Source: a virus
Strand: one strand, 5' to 3'
Length of the DNA stretch: 46,302 bases
IMG/VR virus record: IMGVR_UViG_3300005056_000005
Coordinates: 1 to 46,302 of that record
Program-made: the position numbers and the translations under genes
The notes under the pieces: model-generated
What the model saw: the letters and a program-made list of their open reading frames with translations, nothing else
Databases searched by the model: none
What the model was told of the DNA's origin: nothing
Shown: positions 26,354 through 33,887 of the stretch, in pieces
Layout of the letters: each line of letters opens with the position of its first letter
How positions within the stretch are numbered: position 1 is the stretch's first letter

Positions 26354-26697
26354 TATACCGCTCCCAGTTCCGCAAGTTTTGCATTCGCTTCGTTGATCGT
26401 TTTAACCAGCGGCTTGAGCACTTCGATATTGGGCAATGCGTACTCATCACGAACATCTAACAGCCAATTAAAGCAGACTTCGAGCTTATCCTTGTCGTAC
26501 TCGTCGCCGTCTTCCCACTTAATCCCCGTATCGAATATTTCAAGCGGTTGCGCTTCGGTCTCGGGTTTAGCTGGATCATAGTCAGGATTGATTTTTGAGA
26601 AAATCTTGACTACCCAAGTACCGCCGCGCCGGTCGATCATGACCGTGGCAGTGGACAGCCTGTAATCCCAGACCTCTTTGATATTTTCAAAATTCAT
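26353..26697 (-). CDS. hypothetical acidic protein (114 aa), accessory insert
   Basis: An ORF immediately after the terL stop. Confidence 0.7.
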   Translation of the reverse strand: MNFENIKEVWDYRLSTATVMIDRRGGTWVVKIFSKINPDYDPAKPETEAQPLEIFDTGIKWEDGDEYDKDKLEVCFNWLLDVRDEYALPNIEVLKPLVKTINEANAKLAELGAV

Positions 26698-28098
26698 TTA
26701 ATTGTTCCCCATTGCAAGGTTAAGCAGTTCGCCAAAAACATCCTTTTCCCTAGGCGCGTAAGCCATAATAAATGCGTCTGCGTCATTCGGTGAATCCACT
26801 TCGCGCTTGGCAAGATCCTCTTTTGACTCGACCTTGACTTTTCCAGTGTTGTCAAATTTACGCCGAGGCGTCGATAATTGGGTAATCATATCAGCTAAGC
26901 CCGCCATTTCCGAACTTATTGAAATTAACTGATCCTCCGGGAATTCCTCGCCCTTGATTACCGCGTTATAAGTATTCCTAAATCGATCCGCAACCAACCA
27001 CCATGATTGTGATTTTAAGTTGCAAAAAAAGTCTTTATTTTTGATTCTTGCCTCAGTCGTATCGATATAATGCTGATCTGGATCTATGACTTTTGCGCCA
27101 GCAACAAACTTTTTATAATTGACCACTTTTCCATCGCTTCTAGAATCGTTCAACTCACTGAATTTAGGGCCTGCGCCTGCACCGACGCCGATGGAATCGT
27201 AATCGACGGACGCCCCAAGAGATAACGCCTTGTTGTAGGCTCTTGTGCAGCTTTGTAGCAACTCATCTTCTTTGCCCTTCCAGCTCTCTCCCCAGAATGC
27301 AACTATTCCATGCGCGTAAACCAGAGCGTTCTTATCCTTGCCACCATCGGCAATATCAAACCCCACTCGTTTTTCCCCAGTGGGTTCTATGCCAAGTTTA
27401 ATATGGGCATCAATAGAGGCCTCAATCCAAGACCGTTTTATTATTACCGTATCGTCATCAGTTCTAGGAACCCCTAAATAAACGTGCTCATACTCGTCAT
27501 AGTCGGACTCTTTAAGCCGATTGATTTTACGCAGCATCGTATCTGATAAAAATTGATTTTCGTCATAGTTAATATGGCGAACTAAAACGCCTTTGCTCAA
27601 ATCATGTTTAAACGATTCTATGAAATTACTCACTAGATCGGGGTTATATAAAATCCAGGCTTCGGCGCCCTCTTTTCTGAGCGTTGGCTCTATGAATTTC
27701 CATTGCTCTTTAGTCAGCCCGTCCCCCTCTTCAATCCATCCTATATCCGCACCCTCGAAACCTTTTATTTCGCTTATGTGCCTATGGATGCCGTAAAAAT
27801 GGAACTCTGAACCCGTATATCTGTGGCGTATTACGTTATTTAAAATCTCGAATTGATCAATTAAACCGAATCTCTCAATCTGAACCACTAGAACAGCATA
27901 GACAGATTCTTTAATTTTGTTTTGGAATTGCCGCATGCAAAGGAATTTTATACGGTAATTAACCGCTAGATAAACAGCAAAGCCCGCAGCGTCCCAAGTC
28001 TTGGAGCTGCTTCGACCACCCTTAAGGATTTTTATATCAGCTTTGGTTTTCCAAAAATCTTTTAAGACAGGGTTAAGCGTCGGTTTTGTCGTCGTCAT
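26698..28098 (-). CDS. terL: terminase large subunit (Terminase_3 / PBSX type)
   Basis: There is a Walker-A-like ILKGGRSSSKTWDAAG. The size is 466 aa and the C-terminal nuclease-type region has acidic motifs (GFDIADGG, NDADAF). Confidence 0.85.
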   Translation of the reverse strand: MTTTKPTLNPVLKDFWKTKADIKILKGGRSSSKTWDAAGFAVYLAVNYRIKFLCMRQFQNKIKESVYAVLVVQIERFGLIDQFEILNNVIRHRYTGSEFHFYGIHRHISEIKGFEGADIGWIEEGDGLTKEQWKFIEPTLRKEGAEAWILYNPDLVSNFIESFKHDLSKGVLVRHINYDENQFLSDTMLRKINRLKESDYDEYEHVYLGVPRTDDDTVIIKRSWIEASIDAHIKLGIEPTGEKRVGFDIADGGKDKNALVYAHGIVAFWGESWKGKEDELLQSCTRAYNKALSLGASVDYDSIGVGAGAGPKFSELNDSRSDGKVVNYKKFVAGAKVIDPDQHYIDTTEARIKNKDFFCNLKSQSWWLVADRFRNTYNAVIKGEEFPEDQLISISSEMAGLADMITQLSTPRRKFDNTGKVKVESKEDLAKREVDSPNDADAFIMAYAPREKDVFGELLNLAMGNN

Positions 28099-28480
28099 CC
28101 GATCCGCTGTAGAAATCGTTGAGATTTTTATGGTTCACCTCGCCTGAATGCTCCACCGCTATATTTTCTCGCTGCCCCAGATAAACTTTGCCCAACCAAA
28201 TTAACATAGTCGGATTGCCGTCATGGGCTAGTTCAACCTGCTTTCGTCTTAGCGATAATTTTCCATAGCTTTTACCGCGCTCGATAACCTCGTTAAATTC
28301 TGGATTAGACTTTCTTTCCCGCTCTACTGTTTTCCTACAAACGCCGAAAAATGACGCTATTTCGTCGTCAGTACAATTCAGTCGGCAGAGCTTTTCTACC
28401 TGTTCTAAATCTGGGTAAAATTTCTTTTTAGGCCCCTTTTTTTCGCCTGGATATCCTAAATCTGTTTTATTCTCGGACAT
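28073..28480 (-). CDS. terS: terminase small subunit
   Basis: HTH-like CTDDEIASFFGVCRKTVERE and C-terminal GNPTMLIWLGKVYLGQRE are typical of TerS. It overlaps terL. Confidence 0.75.
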   Translation of the reverse strand: MSENKTDLGYPGEKKGPKKKFYPDLEQVEKLCRLNCTDDEIASFFGVCRKTVERERKSNPEFNEVIERGKSYGKLSLRRKQVELAHDGNPTMLIWLGKVYLGQRENIAVEHSGEVNHKNLNDFYSGSDDDDKTDA

Positions 28481-28494
28481 AATATGTCACCTAG

Positions 28495-29526
28495 TTAATC
28501 CAGCGGCTTTAACCACTGGCTGTAAATCTGCGAGGCAATATGGGCTGTCATTACCGGGGGAACACTCATGCCGATCAAGTATTGAGGTTTAATTGCTTGA
28601 AAATCATAGTCTTGAGGATAACTGCCTATCTTTTTAAGTTCAATATTTTGCAGCGCCCTTTTTTGTTTCGGGTGATAACATGAGCTGCCAGCTGTAATGG
28701 TTTTGCACACCTTCCCAGGAGATAGCTTAAACGAGTTAAACCTATTGCTTTTAGGATGCACTGACGATATTGCAGCCCCTGGCTTGCATTGGTCATAATA
28801 TTTTAAATCGCAAGGAGCTATTTTATATTCTGCATTAGTCACGATACCCTCATCAATTTCTTTAAAATATACAGGGTCTTCACTAAATTTTAGGTTTATA
28901 TCCTGTTTATAAACGTCCGATCTAACCCCGACAAAAAAAACCCTTTCTCTCGCTTGGGGTACGCCCATCGTTGCAGAATTAAGCAAAAAGACTTGCACTT
29001 TATAACCGGTCGACTCAAAATCTGATTTAATCTTTCTGGCGTATGCTTTAGCGTTTCCCTGGACCAATCCTTTAACATTCTCTAGAACGGCCGTTTTAGG
29101 TTTAAGCTTTTTTATTGTGTCGATATAAATGAAAACAAGGTCATCTAACCTCTGTTTTTTTTGCCCTTCTCTGAAATGCTTTTCTTTCCCCCACGCTTTG
29201 TCTCGACTGCCGGCCATTGAAAAGCTTGAGCAAGGCGGGGAACCATCAAGTAAGTCTAAATTATAAAGCTCCTCAGGAAGGTCGTTCCTATCATTAAAAT
29301 CCCGTATATCTTCAACATATAAATACTTTGGATTATGGTTTATTTTGTAAGCCGCAGCGACTTGAGGGTCCATTTCTACGCCGCCGAGGTGATCAAATCC
29401 GGCTAACTTATAACCCATACTCGACCCACCGCCACAAATAAACGTTCCGAACACGGTTTTATTGTGTGCTTTCACCCCTTTTGCTGGGTACCCATCTTTT
29501 AGCCACCACTCGTAAGGAAACTTCAT
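28495..29526 (-). CDS. DNA (cytosine-5)-methyltransferase
   Basis: Motif I is FICGGGSSMGY, motif IV is GSPPCSSFSMAG, motif VI is ENVKGL, motif VIII is QARERVFFVG and motif X is GMSVPPVM. Confidence 0.9.
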   Translation of the reverse strand: MKFPYEWWLKDGYPAKGVKAHNKTVFGTFICGGGSSMGYKLAGFDHLGGVEMDPQVAAAYKINHNPKYLYVEDIRDFNDRNDLPEELYNLDLLDGSPPCSSFSMAGSRDKAWGKEKHFREGQKKQRLDDLVFIYIDTIKKLKPKTAVLENVKGLVQGNAKAYARKIKSDFESTGYKVQVFLLNSATMGVPQARERVFFVGVRSDVYKQDINLKFSEDPVYFKEIDEGIVTNAEYKIAPCDLKYYDQCKPGAAISSVHPKSNRFNSFKLSPGKVCKTITAGSSCYHPKQKRALQNIELKKIGSYPQDYDFQAIKPQYLIGMSVPPVMTAHIASQIYSQWLKPLD

Positions 29527-30074
29527 ATCCCAAGCAACTTTATCAAAGCAATTTCCAAATTTTGATCAATTGCCCTAAGGGCTTCCTGAGCGGCATGGTA
29601 TTTTTCAAGATCAAGCTTAAATGTGAGCTCTATAGTATCTTCATAATCATCAACCTCGAGCTCTGAATTATTAAATATTGCATTGACCTGATCGCCGAAT
29701 TGCCCGTCATCAAATCCTAAGATATCAATATCAAAATCCAACTCCCTGAGCTCACTAATTTCTATTTCAAGCTGCTCAATATCCCATCCAGCGTTAAGGG
29801 CCAGCTGATTATCTGCAATCACGTAGGCCTTTATCTGCGTGTCTGTAAGACCCTTTAGCTCAATCGTGGGGACTTTATCCAACCCCAATTCAATGGCGGC
29901 TGAAGTTCTGCCATGACCCGCTATGATAATATTATTAGCGTCCACAAGAACCGGATTTGTAAACCCAAATTCTGTGATACTGGCGGCAATCTCGGTTATT
30001 TGTTGATCACTATGAGTCCTAGAATTATTCTCTAAATGCGTTAAATCTGCCGGGTTTTGCTCTTTTATTTCCAT
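29523..30074 (-). CDS. stand-alone ParB-like nuclease (ParBc) domain protein
   Basis: SITEFGFTNPVLVDANNIIIAGHGRTSAAIELGLDKVPTIELKGLTDTQIKAYVIADNQLALNAGWD matches the ParB-like N-domain that is usually fused to N6/N4 methylases. Confidence 0.8.
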   Translation of the reverse strand: MEIKEQNPADLTHLENNSRTHSDQQITEIAASITEFGFTNPVLVDANNIIIAGHGRTSAAIELGLDKVPTIELKGLTDTQIKAYVIADNQLALNAGWDIEQLEIEISELRELDFDIDILGFDDGQFGDQVNAIFNNSELEVDDYEDTIELTFKLDLEKYHAAQEALRAIDQNLEIALIKLLGI

Positions 30075-30080
30075 TTCTCT

Positions 30081-30109
30081 ATGCTACCCGATCCAGCCCC
30101 CTTGGTCAA
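30081..30109 (-). promoter_or_regulatory. candidate promoter for the late block (TTGACC-17-TAGCAT), possibly giving a leaderless mRNA
   Basis: On the minus strand the -35 is 30109..30104 and the -10 is 30086..30081. The -10 ends 6 nt before the ParB-like ATG (30074), and that ATG has no SD. Confidence 0.3.
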
Positions 30110-30127
30110 AATAAGCCTAAATACCTA

Positions 30128-30156
30128 TTGACGTGTGAGAACTCATAGAATACAAT
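30128..30156 (+). promoter_or_regulatory. early promoter cassette P1: TTGACG-17-TACAAT with TGAGaaCTCA palindrome in the spacer
   Basis: Near-consensus sigma70 hexamers with a 17-nt spacer. This is copy 1 of 4 of a conserved ~80-bp cassette. Confidence 0.75.
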
Positions 30157-30206
30157 AGTTTCACAGTTTGGGAATTAGCCCAGGCCAAATCAAAGGATTA
30201 GGTAAA

Positions 30207-30671
30207 ATGCGTAGATTTACAATTCATGAATATGACGATAGCTATATGTTATCAATCAATAACGACGTTATTGTATATCTTTGCCCCGGTGAATTTAAGC
30301 CTTTCATGAAGGCGAATAAATTACGAGTTGATACACCCTATTCGATATTAACGTTTCGCCGGGTTTTAAAAAACCAAATCAGTAAAGGCAGACACATTGG
30401 ACTGTGTCACGACGTAATCAGTACCGTCAGTGAAAACTTGACAAAGGAAGAAGAAAAAGAATCATTTAGAGTTTATAAAATGTTGCAAAATAAAGAGATT
30501 GATCCAACAGGGAAATTCGATGGATTGCGTATATGGAATACCAAAAATCGGACTCTAATCCCCACCCACGTTTATCACCCACACAGTCAAATGAAAGCCT
30601 GCCGAACGCTGGACTATGTCAAAAGATGTGCCGCTCTTTTCGGTGCAAAAAATCTTCAAGATAATGTTTGA
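30207..30671 (+). CDS. early hypothetical protein (154 aa from MRRFTIHEY)
   Basis: The ATG lies after the conserved leader AAATCAAAGGATTAGGTAAA. The track start at 30168 falls inside the conserved non-coding leader. Confidence 0.75.
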   Translation: MRRFTIHEYDDSYMLSINNDVIVYLCPGEFKPFMKANKLRVDTPYSILTFRRVLKNQISKGRHIGLCHDVISTVSENLTKEEEKESFRVYKMLQNKEIDPTGKFDGLRIWNTKNRTLIPTHVYHPHSQMKACRTLDYVKRCAALFGAKNLQDNV

Positions 30672-30696
30672 CGTGTGAGAACTCATGACATATAAT
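30668..30696 (+). promoter_or_regulatory. early promoter cassette P2: TTGACG-17-TATAAT with TGAGaaCTCA
   Basis: Copy 2 of 4. It overlaps the stop codon of the upstream gene. Confidence 0.75.
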
Positions 30697-30744
30697 AGTT
30701 TCAAGTTTTGGGAATAGCCCAAATTAAATCAAAAGGATTTCAAA

Positions 30745-30957
30745 ATGAACTACTTTAACGAACAGCAAATGGAATCATTACAGCTTTCCGAGTCGGTAGC
30801 CATTGCAATCAGTGAGCGGGCAAAATCTGAATCAGACGCAATGAATATCTATCATGAAGGCACTGATTGTGATTTGATCACAAACCGCGCTTTTGAATTA
30901 TCCCCAGAATCTGAATGTCTTTATTGGGGTTCTGTAACGCTTTCTAATTCAAAATAA
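30745..30957 (+). CDS. early hypothetical acidic protein (70 aa)
   Basis: An ORF after the conserved leader AAATCAAAAGGATTTCAAA. Confidence 0.7.
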   Translation: MNYFNEQQMESLQLSESVAIAISERAKSESDAMNIYHEGTDCDLITNRAFELSPESECLYWGSVTLSNSK

Positions 30958-30966
30958 TCACTAACC

Positions 30967-30987
30967 GGCCCAGGTTAAGTCTGGGCC
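30967..30987 (+). other. intergenic stem-loop GGCCCAG-gttaagt-CTGGGCC followed by the conserved RBS leader
   Basis: A perfect 7-bp stem with no U-tract, followed by AAATCAAAAGGATTTCAAAAATG. Confidence 0.6.
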
Positions 30988-31007
30988 AAATCAAAAGGAT
31001 TTCAAAA

Positions 31008-31283
31008 ATGATTACAACAGAAAGCATGCAAGACGCAGAGGACGCGATGGGCGATTACTTCTACGGCGACCACCCAAAAAAAGCCGCTGATGATGCAGCT
31101 AGTGAAAAGTGCTTTGATGCGGCCCTTTCCGAGGCTGTTAAAAATGGCGCCCAGCTAGAAGTGGAAAAATTTACTACATCGGTGGGGTTTAAAGTCGAAA
31201 TATTTAAACTTATTACTAGTAAATCTAGCAGCCTATGTATTTCTAAGCAAGACGCTATTAAATTTTGCAACTACACAGATTAA
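31008..31283 (+). CDS. early hypothetical protein (91 aa)
   Basis: An ORF after the stem-loop plus leader. Confidence 0.7.
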   Translation: MITTESMQDAEDAMGDYFYGDHPKKAADDAASEKCFDAALSEAVKNGAQLEVEKFTTSVGFKVEIFKLITSKSSSLCISKQDAIKFCNYTD

Positions 31284-31302
31284 AATAACTAGGGAAAAAA
31301 TC

Positions 31303-31428
31303 ATGAAAATATTTCTAACAGGTAAAGAAATCAAGACCCGACTGGTCATAGCAGTACAGTTAATAATACCAGCAACTCTTTTTTGCCTATTATTAATCGG
31401 CGCTGGGGTTCTTTACCTCATAACGTAA
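31303..31428 (+). CDS. possible 41-aa single-TM peptide
   Basis: My own translation gives MKIFLTGKEIKTRLVIAVQLIIPATLFCLLLIGAGVLYLIT. The SD AGGGA lies 7 nt upstream. Confidence 0.45.
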   Translation: MKIFLTGKEIKTRLVIAVQLIIPATLFCLLLIGAGVLYLIT

Positions 31429-31431
31429 AGC

Positions 31432-31460
31432 TTGACATGTGAGAACTCATGACATACAAT
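31432..31460 (+). promoter_or_regulatory. early promoter cassette P3: TTGACA-17-TACAAT with TGAGaaCTCA
   Basis: Copy 3 of 4. Confidence 0.75.
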
Positions 31461-31509
31461 GTTTATACGGTTTGGGAATTAGCCCAAGCCAAATTAAAAG
31501 GATTAAATC

Positions 31510-31788
31510 ATGTCTATAAAACTACCCCTTAATACACGCAAAAAGCTACAAGACTACCTTGTTGATATGCGCCCCTCGTCTAATCGAGCGCAAATAATAA
31601 ACATCATCAATATCCGATTGGATGACAATGAAACAATAGCGGACAGGATAATCAGGGATCACATCACTATCGGCGGAGCTTTAAGAGCCATGATGCTAAT
31701 GAATCTCGCAGGGGCCGCAACTCATAAGAGCAAAAAGCCGGACTGCTACGGTACATTCACATTCGAAGACGGAAGCACTTTTAATTAA
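31510..31788 (+). CDS. early hypothetical protein (92 aa)
   Basis: An ORF after the conserved leader AAATTAAAAGGATTAAATC. Confidence 0.7.
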   Translation: MSIKLPLNTRKKLQDYLVDMRPSSNRAQIINIINIRLDDNETIADRIIRDHITIGGALRAMMLMNLAGAATHKSKKPDCYGTFTFEDGSTFN

Positions 31789-31794
31789 CCAATA

Positions 31795-31813
31795 GCCCAG
31801 GTTAAGCCTGGGC
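31795..31813 (+). other. intergenic stem-loop GCCCAGG-ttaag-CCTGGGC followed by the conserved RBS leader
   Basis: A perfect 7-bp stem followed by CTCATCAAAAGGATTTCATTATG. Confidence 0.6.
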
Positions 31814-31833
31814 CTCATCAAAAGGATTTCATT

Positions 31834-32073
31834 ATGCCCACCATCGGACCACTGCCAAATATTGAATTAAGAGCGTGTACCGCCCAAGGCTGGTACTCAA
31901 TTTCTGTCAAACAAGCCGAAGCAATGAGCACTGAATACTTAAAAGATTATCTGCTTCTTGACCCACCATTCTCCAACTTCGGCGTATTACTCGAAGAGCT
32001 TGAATGCCGCATTGACGCCATTGAGCTGGATAAATTTTTGGCGGAAGTGGGAGAAGAAATATGCAATCAGTAA
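31834..32073 (+). CDS. early hypothetical protein (79 aa)
   Basis: An ORF after the stem-loop plus leader. Confidence 0.7.
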   Translation: MPTIGPLPNIELRACTAQGWYSISVKQAEAMSTEYLKDYLLLDPPFSNFGVLLEELECRIDAIELDKFLAEVGEEICNQ

Positions 32074-32207
32074 TAGTCCTGCGCGCCATTTTGTTAGATC
32101 ACAATTCCACCATGAATGAGTGGTGCAACAGTTACGACCGATTACAAGAAATATTGCCCCTCGATCAATTTGAAGATCTTCTTAAGGAGTACGATTTATC
32201 ATGTTAA
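32061..32207 (+). CDS. possible 48-aa protein
   Basis: My own translation gives MQSVIVLRAILLDHNSTMNEWCNSYDRLQEILPLDQFEDLLKEYDLSC. The SD is GGGAGAAG, and it overlaps the upstream stop. Confidence 0.45.
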   Translation: MQSVIVLRAILLDHNSTMNEWCNSYDRLQEILPLDQFEDLLKEYDLSC

Positions 32208-32326
32208 TAATAGCACTGTCTGTAGGACTCGTATTAGTAACAATAGCCAAAAGCAAATACAGGCCTAAGCCGCGACGTGGGGCCACACTGATTCCAATCG
32301 CATCACTACCAAGGGGAAAATCATGA
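32201..32326 (+). CDS. possible 41-aa single-TM peptide
   Basis: My own translation gives MLIIALSVGLVLVTIAKSKYRPKPRRGATLIPIASLPRGKS. It overlaps both neighbours, with ATGA at its 3' end. Confidence 0.45.
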   Translation: MLIIALSVGLVLVTIAKSKYRPKPRRGATLIPIASLPRGKS

Positions 32327-32664
32327 TTAAACCAGGAACACCCGTTAGAGTTAAGGATCTAGAGAATGATACATGGGATACAAATTTGAGGTGGCTTTAT
32401 GTTGGCCCCTTAAAAACTGGGGGACATGTGTGCGAAGCGGCTGACGGAAGGGTTTGTGAATGGAGGCATGTAGAGAGAACGCCCCGCAAATTAGTAAAGG
32501 GAGATATTGTTTACGTTGACGACGATAAAACACCTGTATTTGCAGACTTCTCCCTGGAATTCATAGGAATGTTTGAGGAATATTATGTAGTCAAGCACGC
32601 GGACAGCAATAAAATGCCGTTGCTTTTTAGATACGCAATCCACATTGATGACTTAAAGGAATAA
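32323..32664 (+). CDS. early hypothetical protein (113 aa)
   Basis: An ORF with SD AAGGGG. Confidence 0.7.
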   Translation: MIKPGTPVRVKDLENDTWDTNLRWLYVGPLKTGGHVCEAADGRVCEWRHVERTPRKLVKGDIVYVDDDKTPVFADFSLEFIGMFEEYYVVKHADSNKMPLLFRYAIHIDDLKE

Positions 32665-32666
32665 CA

Positions 32667-32927
32667 ATGTTTTTCTTTATTGATTACAAGCAGCAAACGA
32701 TTATGGCTTTTTCTAAAAAAGGGGCCGCAGCTCGTCACGGCCTCGAAATAATGGGGGTGGAAGTCTCACGGAAAGCAGACCCAGTGGCGTTATTTTTAAA
32801 GCATGAGGGCGAGAATTACGAGATTAAAAACTTAGAGAGTGCCTTCGCGTGGGTTGCTGAATCAGAAGACCCGCCAAGATTGGCGCTTATTTTAAAAAAT
32901 GCTACGGGTGAATTTTATGGAAATTAA
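32667..32927 (+). CDS. early hypothetical protein (86 aa)
   Basis: An ORF 2 nt after the upstream stop. Confidence 0.65.
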   Translation: MFFFIDYKQQTIMAFSKKGAAARHGLEIMGVEVSRKADPVALFLKHEGENYEIKNLESAFAWVAESEDPPRLALILKNATGEFYGN

Positions 32928-33297
32928 ATATAAGACAGCCGATGGTGAATATCAGTTAATCGAAACTTACTCTATACCGATTGATATTTTCCCTCAGAAC
33001 GATGTGGTGTTGGCATCCACCGGCTTGCGACTCCATAGGCTTGGAGTGCTGTCAATCCCGGCAGGTTACGAATGGGACGGGGCCACGGGCGGTATTGACA
33101 CTGATAATTTTATGCGCGGATCACTTGTTCATGATGCCTTATATGATCTTCTTGAGCGCGGAGCAATTTCTAAAAAATACCGCAAAGTGGCGGACAAAAT
33201 GCTTAGAGAAATCTGCATAGAGGACGGTATGAGCAAGTGGCGTGCGTGGCGGTCTTATATGTACGTTAGAGCGTTTGGCGGTAGATCTTGGAGATAG
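32899..33297 (+). CDS. DUF1353-like protein (start more likely ATG 32917, MEIKYKTADG)
   Basis: IPAGYEWDGATGGIDTDNFMRGSLVHDALYDLL...ADKML...YVRAFGG resembles the DUF1353 pattern. Confidence 0.6.
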   Translation: MLRVNFMEIKYKTADGEYQLIETYSIPIDIFPQNDVVLASTGLRLHRLGVLSIPAGYEWDGATGGIDTDNFMRGSLVHDALYDLLERGAISKKYRKVADKMLREICIEDGMSKWRAWRSYMYVRAFGGRSWR

Positions 33298-33318
33298 TGA
33301 TTTTAATTTATGAATCTA

Positions 33319-33347
33319 TTGACACGTGAGTACTCATGCATTAATAT
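33319..33347 (+). promoter_or_regulatory. early promoter cassette P4: TTGACA-17-TAATAT with perfect palindrome TGAGTACTCA
   Basis: Copy 4 of 4. Confidence 0.7.
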
Positions 33348-33398
33348 GGTTTCACGGTCTGGGAATTAGCCCAAATCGAATCAAACAGGATAATCATT

Positions 33399-33632
33399 AT
33401 GATCACACTAAACGACGCGGCTCAAGCATTAACTCAAGCAGGATTTACGGTTCAAATAGATAATGATACGGACGGTTTTGTAGAACTCATAGCGCATAAA
33501 GATGGGTTTTGCGAAACCTTCTTTGATGCAGACTACCAAGGACCTCAGTATCTTGGGTCCTTTAAATGCAAAGAGCTATTAGTAGCATACGCGGAAAAAT
33601 CAATCGTTCTACACAAGCGTCAATTTAGCTAA
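33399..33632 (+). CDS. early hypothetical protein (77 aa)
   Basis: An ORF after the conserved leader. Confidence 0.7.
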   Translation: MITLNDAAQALTQAGFTVQIDNDTDGFVELIAHKDGFCETFFDADYQGPQYLGSFKCKELLVAYAEKSIVLHKRQFS

Positions 33633-33639
33633 TTAACGT

Positions 33640-33656
33640 GCGGGGGTGATCCCCGC
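33640..33656 (+). other. intergenic stem-loop GCGGGG-gtgat-CCCCGC followed by an RBS leader variant
   Basis: A perfect 6-bp GC stem followed by ...CAATCGAAAAAGGAAACCTATG. Confidence 0.5.
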
Positions 33657-33697
33657 AATGCCCCACTGTTTGGGCGCTCAATCGAAAAAGGAAACCT

Positions 33698-33868
33698 ATG
33701 TTAATACACGAAAAAAGAGCCGCAGACGCTAAACGATCCGCTAAGGCCGACGCCAAAAAGCGTGCGGCTGGGCTGGTCCCACGCAAACACTGGATCCATA
33801 AGTCCAATCCTGAGGAGTTCAAGCGGGTGGCTGAGTTATTAAAAACTCCTAACGTTAAAATACTGTGA
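33698..33868 (+). CDS. 56-aa Lys/Arg/Ala-rich basic protein
   Basis: My own translation gives MLIHEKRAADAKRSAKADAKKRAAGLVPRKHWIHKSNPEEFKRVAELLKTPNVKIL. It has SD AAGGA and the same orientation as the operon. The 65-aa track ORF on the minus strand is antisense to it. Confidence 0.5.
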   Translation: MLIHEKRAADAKRSAKADAKKRAAGLVPRKHWIHKSNPEEFKRVAELLKTPNVKIL

Positions 33869-33887
33869 TTTTTTAGAGTGCTTTACT

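Noticed and set aside
535-29666. Many plus-strand track ORFs inside the late block, for example 535..981, 2426..2794, 8506..9018, 9310..9798, 12046..12348, 14022..14345, 15015..15401, 24641..24979 and 22663..22929.
   Set aside because: They are antisense to long minus-strand ORFs that have clear family motifs and coupled starts. Their compositions are low-complexity Ser/Pro/Ala-rich, as is typical of antisense frames, and they have no RBS.
30168-30206. Upstream extensions of track ORFs into conserved leaders or promoters (30168, 40331, 42338, 43784, 44089).
   Set aside because: The extensions begin at TTG/GTG/ATG codons that fall inside sequence elements repeated upstream of unrelated genes, or inside a -35 hexamer. 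The ATG after the leader or SD is preferred.
33625-33822. A 65-aa minus-strand track ORF.
   Set aside because: It is antisense to the plus-strand early operon. The same DNA encodes a plus-strand 56-aa ORF with a good SD and the conserved hairpin-leader context.
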